A stretch of 64,000 nt of DNA from assembly GCF_018977255.1 (NCBI RefSeq), contig NW_024704742.1, forward strand, positions 88,972,001-89,036,000, given 5' to 3'. The position numbers and the translations under genes are program-made. Origin of the DNA: Callorhinchus milii (lineage: Eukaryota). The number at the start of each line of letters is the position of its first letter. The stretch's first letter is position 1. Below the pieces are notes generated by a model. It saw only the letters and a list, made by a program, of their open reading frames with translations, was not told where the DNA came from and did no database searches. This document shows, piece by piece, positions 58,798-64,000 of this stretch.

Positions 58798-60169
58798 ACA
58801 ATTATCTTGCTTAATATTACAATATGTTATGAGAGAAGCACAAAGCCCATCGGGAGTATTATGAACATGTTTTTTTCCACCCTATCTTTGATAGGCTGAC
58901 TTGTAGCATGGTATAGAACAGAAGACAGATGGACTGGTTGAGTTGAAGGTGCATAATCTTCAAGCTTGAGGAAACGAAATAATTTATGTCACATAAAAAT
59001 AATATTTTGAAAAAAAACATAGTATCCAGTTGCAGCTTTACGAGATACTATTGTCAAGTTCTGTAATATGATTTGTGGTGGATTTTCCAGTTAGGTTGGA
59101 ATCAATGTGTTATGTTTCTCCTGGCTGACCAATACAGTTGCTGTATTACATTTGTCTCCAACGTTCATAAGATCTGTTGGGTTTTGCTTATCTCTCTGTC
59201 ACTAAACCAGTGAAATTGGGTTACTCTGTACATATGTATTGGCTCCAAAGGGGATGAATTTCCTTCCCATCCACTAGATCCATTATATTTTGTGAATTCC
59301 CAGTATAAGACCATCACATAAATAATAGCAATCCTTATATTTGATACAGTGCCTTTCTCGTTGGGAATGACATTTCTCAGCGCTTGGAAGGATTTTCTGT
59401 AAAGTTTAGAGATTATGTATTTTATAGGTGGATGCCTACAATTTGTTTACATTTTAATCATTGTCCCAGTCAATTAATATCCTTTGGTCTCTTCTTAGAT
59501 AGAATGGTATTCTGGAAGGATGAGATCAAATGGACTGAAGGGCTTTCTGTACTGAAACCAAACTTGTGTTCTTTCTAGAGACTTGTAAGTTTTAGACTAT
59601 TGGCATTCAGCCCTGCTCAGAATTAAGTCATTTGGTTTCTCTTGTTTATGTCTAAATTCTAATCACATTATGCCGAGTTGAGTATTCCTCATTATCCAGT
59701 GTATCTAGTGAGGGCTTTTGTTTATCTCTTCTGTCTAATCTATTGAGTTATGTTTGTTCTTACTATCTAATCTGCTCCATTTACTTTACCTCTGCTTTCC
59801 AATGTGTCCATTGAATTGTGTTTATCAATGCTATCCCAGTCAATTCAATGTGAGATATTTTAAATTGTATTCCCTTTGGATATGCTGGGTTACATTTATT
59901 TTAACTCATTGGCCCTTAAGAGATGCAATAATCCCCACTGTGTGTTGAATTTGCTGATTTCTGTTGATTTCCGCTAACTAATCACATTACTTGTGTTTAA
60001 TTATTCTAATCATCCAATAAGTCAAACCTGTTTCAGTTTTCCGTACAGTTTGTTGAATTGATCTGTTTTGGTTATCCTACCATTCAAACTCTCCATCTGT
60101 TTTTATTTTTTTTGGGTGGGGGCCAGATTTATATAACACAATTCAATCTATTGAGACACCTGTTTGACA

Positions 60170-60595
60170 CAGTGGGTCAAGCTGGCTCAGTTGGTCGCAC
60201 TCCTACCCCTGAGTCAGAAGGTTGTGTATTCAAGCCCCAATTGGGACTTTGAACTCACAGTCTCGGCTGCCACCAGTGCTTTACTGGGATGTGCTGCATT
60301 GTTAGAGGTGCCATCCTTCAGATGAATCATTAAACTAAGATCCCATCTGCCTGCTCAGGTACATGTGAAAGATATCATGACACTCTTTGAAAAAGATAAG
60401 GATTTCTCCCAGTGTCCTGGCCAACAATCCCCCAAATAGAATTTGTGTCACCGCTGTTAGTGGGACATTGCTGTGTGCTAATTGGTAGCTGTGTTTGCCT
60501 ACATTACACTTTATACCAAATCCTGTGAAGTACTTTGAGAAGTTATCCTGACGTGAAAGTCGCTATGTCAAATGGCAGGATTATCATTATTATCA
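60170..60595 (+). mobile_element. Full-length Deu-domain tRNA-SINE (older family)
   Basis: TGGCTCAGTTGG...gagtcagaaggttgtgtattcaagccc; central tgctgcattgttagaggtgccatccttcagatga; colinear with 40488-40915. Confidence 0.85.
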
Positions 60596-61104
60596 TTAAT
60601 TTTGTATTTACAACTCATCCATACCATCCAGCAGAACAAGCAGACTTCTCTTGTCTTCACCTGCTGACCACTTGTTATTTCCACGGTATTTATTCTGGTT
60701 GCTTCTCTATAATATCACTTTGGAATGGAATAATATTCTACTAAGTGGAACTTGTTTATCTCCACTGTCCATATGTTTTTTTTAACAAGGAAAAACTCTA
60801 CTCCGCTACTTTAAAAGAAAAACTCTAGTAATTCCATGAATCTTGTTCAACCTTCTTGTCAATTTGTATCATTGAGTTAGATCTAGCACATTATAAAACT
60901 AATGAGTGTTACTGATTTCTTTTGTCCAAACCTGCTGTCCATTACTCATGAGCTTTTCTTCATGGAGTTTAACGATTTATCTCATTGTTTGTATGTACAC
61001 TTGGGGGGAGTATGGGGAGATCAATGTTGTTAGTGATAGCCAAATGGTCAGGGAGAGGAACATAACAATTTACAGCTGGGCAGTTCAGGGCAAGGAGTGG
61101 TTAA

Positions 61105-61303
61105 ACGATCTTGCCAACCTGTGCCTAATACTCTTTGGAATTAGGCAAGCAGGGTGTATCCCTCCAGGAAGAGATAGCACACTTGCACCCCAAAATAAGA
61201 ATTTCCATGGTATAGTTGGCATACATGGAATTCTCAGTCTGAATTGTATACTCTTTAAGCATGGGTGTCTTTAGGCATCAGACACCTGGTTGACCAAAAA
61301 AAG
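61105..61303 (+). mobile_element. Family X 3' fragment
   Basis: cttgccaacctgtgcctaatactc..gaattagg...tcagacacctggttgaccaaaaaaa. Confidence 0.65.
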
Positions 61304-61369
61304 CATTTAGCCTTTTCTCTACAAATAGGAATTTAATTACATAACTATGGTCATGCTCATCTCGCTTCA

Positions 61370-61968
61370 AAGATAGCCAGGTATTAATGGAGATCAAGCT
61401 TTTGGCAAATAAGACCTGTGTTCTTCTTCATGGATCTGATTTCCTGGGGATACAGCAGAGAGGCTTCCTCACGCCCATTTGCAAAATCTAGGATCAAGGT
61501 GAAGTGGAATTGTGGCAAAAAAGGGAAGCGGCTGCAGAGAGGGAGGGCTCTGGCCTACACTGACCTTTCTCTGAGCACCCTGGAGGCAGAGTCAGCTTCA
61601 CAGCGGGCATGTCTCTTGCCAAGGCTCCTCACTTGAGGAACTGGATTAAGCAGCTGGTGCTGAGTAAGCCTGGTACACAGCATGGGACTTGGACCTTGAG
61701 AACATCAAGTTGGTTGGCACAGCACAAACTGTCTGGTAAAGGTCCTCCCACCATCCTGAAAACAGATGTCCACCAGATAGCTGATGAGGAAACTCTGAGA
61801 CATGGGCCAGCAGTACGAGTTTGTGAACACATTGTATATCCAGTGCTTAGAATCCACCTTGATTGGTTTGCAGAGAGGTAAGCAACTACTCAGTGGAAGG
61901 GATATGTGTCTGAGCTGTGGTAAGAAGACGGTGGCAATGCTCTCACACATTTAATGCTGAGCTGTGTT
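61370..61968 (+). mobile_element. Possible very old L1/Tx1-clade ORF2 C-terminal remnant
   Basis: GC-richer stretch with an EGGL motif at about 61540 and C-L-S-C-G...(one frameshift)...H-L-M-L-S-C at 61907-61965, resembling the CCHC knuckle. Confidence 0.3.
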
Positions 61969-62232
61969 TCCCACCAGGAAGGTCACAAGGAATTCCTAGT
62001 ACTTACCCGTGAGGGTTCAAACCGGTACTTGCTGAATGTCAAATGACCATGGAGTCATTATCCTCCTTGGGTGAGAGAGGGGGTCAGCTCCTGTTAACCC
62101 TGCAAAGCCAAAGTCCTTAGAGGTAGGGTGGACCTAGCTGCACAATCAGCAAACCCTAACCCTAATTTGTAGCTTTCCAGACAACGATATCAATGGCAAG
62201 CTATTTGGTTTTAGTTGATTAGACTTCAGAGG

Positions 62233-62476
62233 ACAAAACACAAAATACTGCAGATGCTGGAATCTGAAACAAAAGCAGAGAGAGCTGGGAAAACTCAGCA
62301 GGTCAGGCAGCATCTATGGAGAAAGGAAAGTGAGTCAACATTTCAGGTCCACGACCCTTCGCCAGTTCTGACGAAAGGTCGTGGACCCGAAACGTTGACT
62401 CACTTTCCTTTCTCCATAGATGCTGCCTGACCTGCTGAGTGTTCCCAGCTCTCTTTGTTTTTGTTTTGGACTCCAG
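62233..62476. mobile_element. Penelope-like element terminal repeat (pLTR) as an inverted pair; 109-bp arms
   Basis: Arms 62257-62365 and 62368-62476 differ at about 10 positions; flanked by GACTTCAGAGG (62222-62232) and GACTCCAGAGG (62469-62479); the hammerhead core is typical of Penelope pLTRs. Confidence 0.75.
62364..62400 (+). ncRNA. Minimal type I hammerhead ribozyme motif (possibly degenerate)
   Basis: AGUU-CUGACGA-A-AGGUC(GUG)GACCC-GAAA-C-GUU-GACU: both core boxes, stem II GGUC/GACC, palindromic ACGU helix III, 4-bp helix I AGUU/GACU. Confidence 0.65.
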
Positions 62477-63409
62477 AGGTATCGCAACCCACACGCTAAG
62501 GTCCCCAAGCCCTGACTCTTGCCAAGCTGTGTCTAATACTCTCCAGAATTAGAAAAGCATTCTCTTTCCAGGGAGAGAATATGCATTTCATTCTAATAAA
62601 TAGCTATAATTTCCATGTATAGGTGGGATGCACTGGAACTCAGTTTGGTTTGATCATGGTGATTGGTTTCTGCATGTGTCAGACACCAAGCTGATGAAAA
62701 AAAAAGTAACATTTAGCTGGCTAAATATAAGTATGATCCATGCTAAAATGGAATTCATTTATTCATGTAACAATCTAAACATGTTTTAAATGATAATATC
62801 TGATATTGTCATTTACTTTACATAGAACTTTCTTAGTTTATGACTTTTTGTATGACTTAAATAATTGGATTCAGTCACTTACGGCAAATCAGAATTCCAC
62901 TGCTGTTATATGACTCACTCACTGCAGGCTGATATTGTGTGGCTCATATTTTCCCTTCTCAGATGTCCACCTCCAGTCAGTGGGATGTGCCCTTTATTCT
63001 GTGATTCATCAAAGGAAATAATTACATTCATTCTCCCTGAATCTTTGCTAAGGAAACCAGTTTAAGCTTCCTTTTCTGGTCATGTCATCATTTCTCACGA
63101 CACATCATTATTTGTCTGGAGCAGTTATATCCTTTGATGTGAAATATGAATTTTAATTCTCTACTTGGCTTTTATTTATTTTTAAAGTTATTTATATAAT
63201 AATAAAACTACAATAATCCTTTATTTTGGTATAGCCCTCAAAGTCAAGATTGTCTCAAAACGCCTCGCAATGTTTCTGTCAAGTGTAGTGACTGTATTTT
63301 GTAAGCTAAAAGAAGTATTTTCTTGATTAGAGAAAGTAATGATGGCAGCATAGCCAGCCTCACTCATTGGCAGGACTTAGAAGGGCAAACTATTAATAGG
63401 ATCAGTGAT

Positions 63410-63650
63410 TCTTCCCACTCAGTTCTCGATTACCCTGCAAACCAAAGCCTTGATGAGCAGAATGGTCATAGGTAGACAATCTGTGGAAACACTTGGCAGA
63501 TAATGCTTTCATTGGCAAGCTATGTGGTTTTGGCTGGTCAGACGCCAGCAATACCCCAATGCACACACTGGAGTTCCCCAAGCCTTGGTTCTTACCAACC
63601 TGCACCTAATACTCCAGAATTAGGTAAACAGGGTGCGTCCTTCCAAGTAT
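63410..63650 (+). mobile_element. Family X central fragment
   Basis: cccactca...taccctgcaaaccaaagcc...tggcaagctatgtggttttggctgg...cctaatactccagaattaggtaa. Confidence 0.7.
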
Positions 63651-64000
63651 TTTGTTCCAAATACAGAGACAGTTCCATATTTTGGTCTACGAGAGCAGGG
63701 ATTTCAGTCCTTCTTGGCAGATCAAGCCTGGTACAGGAAGGTTAAACCAAAAGCAGAATATAATGTAGGGCCTGAAATGCACATATTTAAATGACTTCCC
63801 TCACAGTCACAAAAATTGGCAATGCTAAGACCCTGAGATTAAAAAAAACACTTTTCTGGAAAGGTTTGCCAACTTCTAGGAATTCCTTAAGTTATTCATA
63901 AAGTAACTTGAGGAATGCATTATATTTACCCCTAAGTTTCTACACATATGCATTCAGTAAAGAGGGTCAATTAGCAGAGGGAGAAGTAAACAGAAATACC

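Larger units (their letters stand above)
62090..62705 (+). mobile_element. Family X repeat interrupted by the Penelope-type palindrome
   Basis: cctgttaaccctgcaaagccaaag...tatcaatggcaagc (as 4890-4990), resumes at 62477 and ends tgcatgtgtcagacaccaagctgatgaaaaaaaaa. Confidence 0.78.

Noticed and set aside
62000..62090. Minus-strand donor CGG|GTAAGT
   Set aside because: No convincing acceptor; adjoins family X sequence.
62215..62494. Near-identical peptides on opposite strands
   Set aside because: Mirror artefact of the palindrome.
1..64000. Apparent excess of minus-strand L2/CR1 copies as a clue to host-gene strand
   Set aside because: The excess is modest and the counts are too small to be informative.

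Overview
Vertebrate non-coding DNA (intronic or intergenic), roughly half of it retroposon debris. The repeat mix (L2 and CR1 LINE fragments, a young tRNA-Ala-headed SINE, older Deu-domain SINEs, a Penelope-type terminal repeat) points to a cartilaginous fish, probably a chimaera/elephant shark; this is an inference from remembered repeat sequences, not a search. I found no convincing host protein-coding exon, rRNA, true tRNA or CRISPR. Every recognisable ORF in the track is a broken LINE ORF2 piece or its antisense shadow. Most notable: (1) a 220-bp near-perfect palindrome at 62.26-62.48 kb with a minimal hammerhead-ribozyme core at its centre and an apparent 11-bp target-site duplication; (2) an unclassified oligo(A)-tailed repeat family (6-7 copies) with LF-SINE-like motifs; (3) many short perfect fold-backs and templated duplications at retroposon junctions; (4) modular SINE variants sharing the L2 3' end; (5) several repeat-free, CpG-retaining patches that may be conserved enhancers. 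Repeat boundaries were read by eye and are approximate (about +/-20 bp) unless motifs are quoted.
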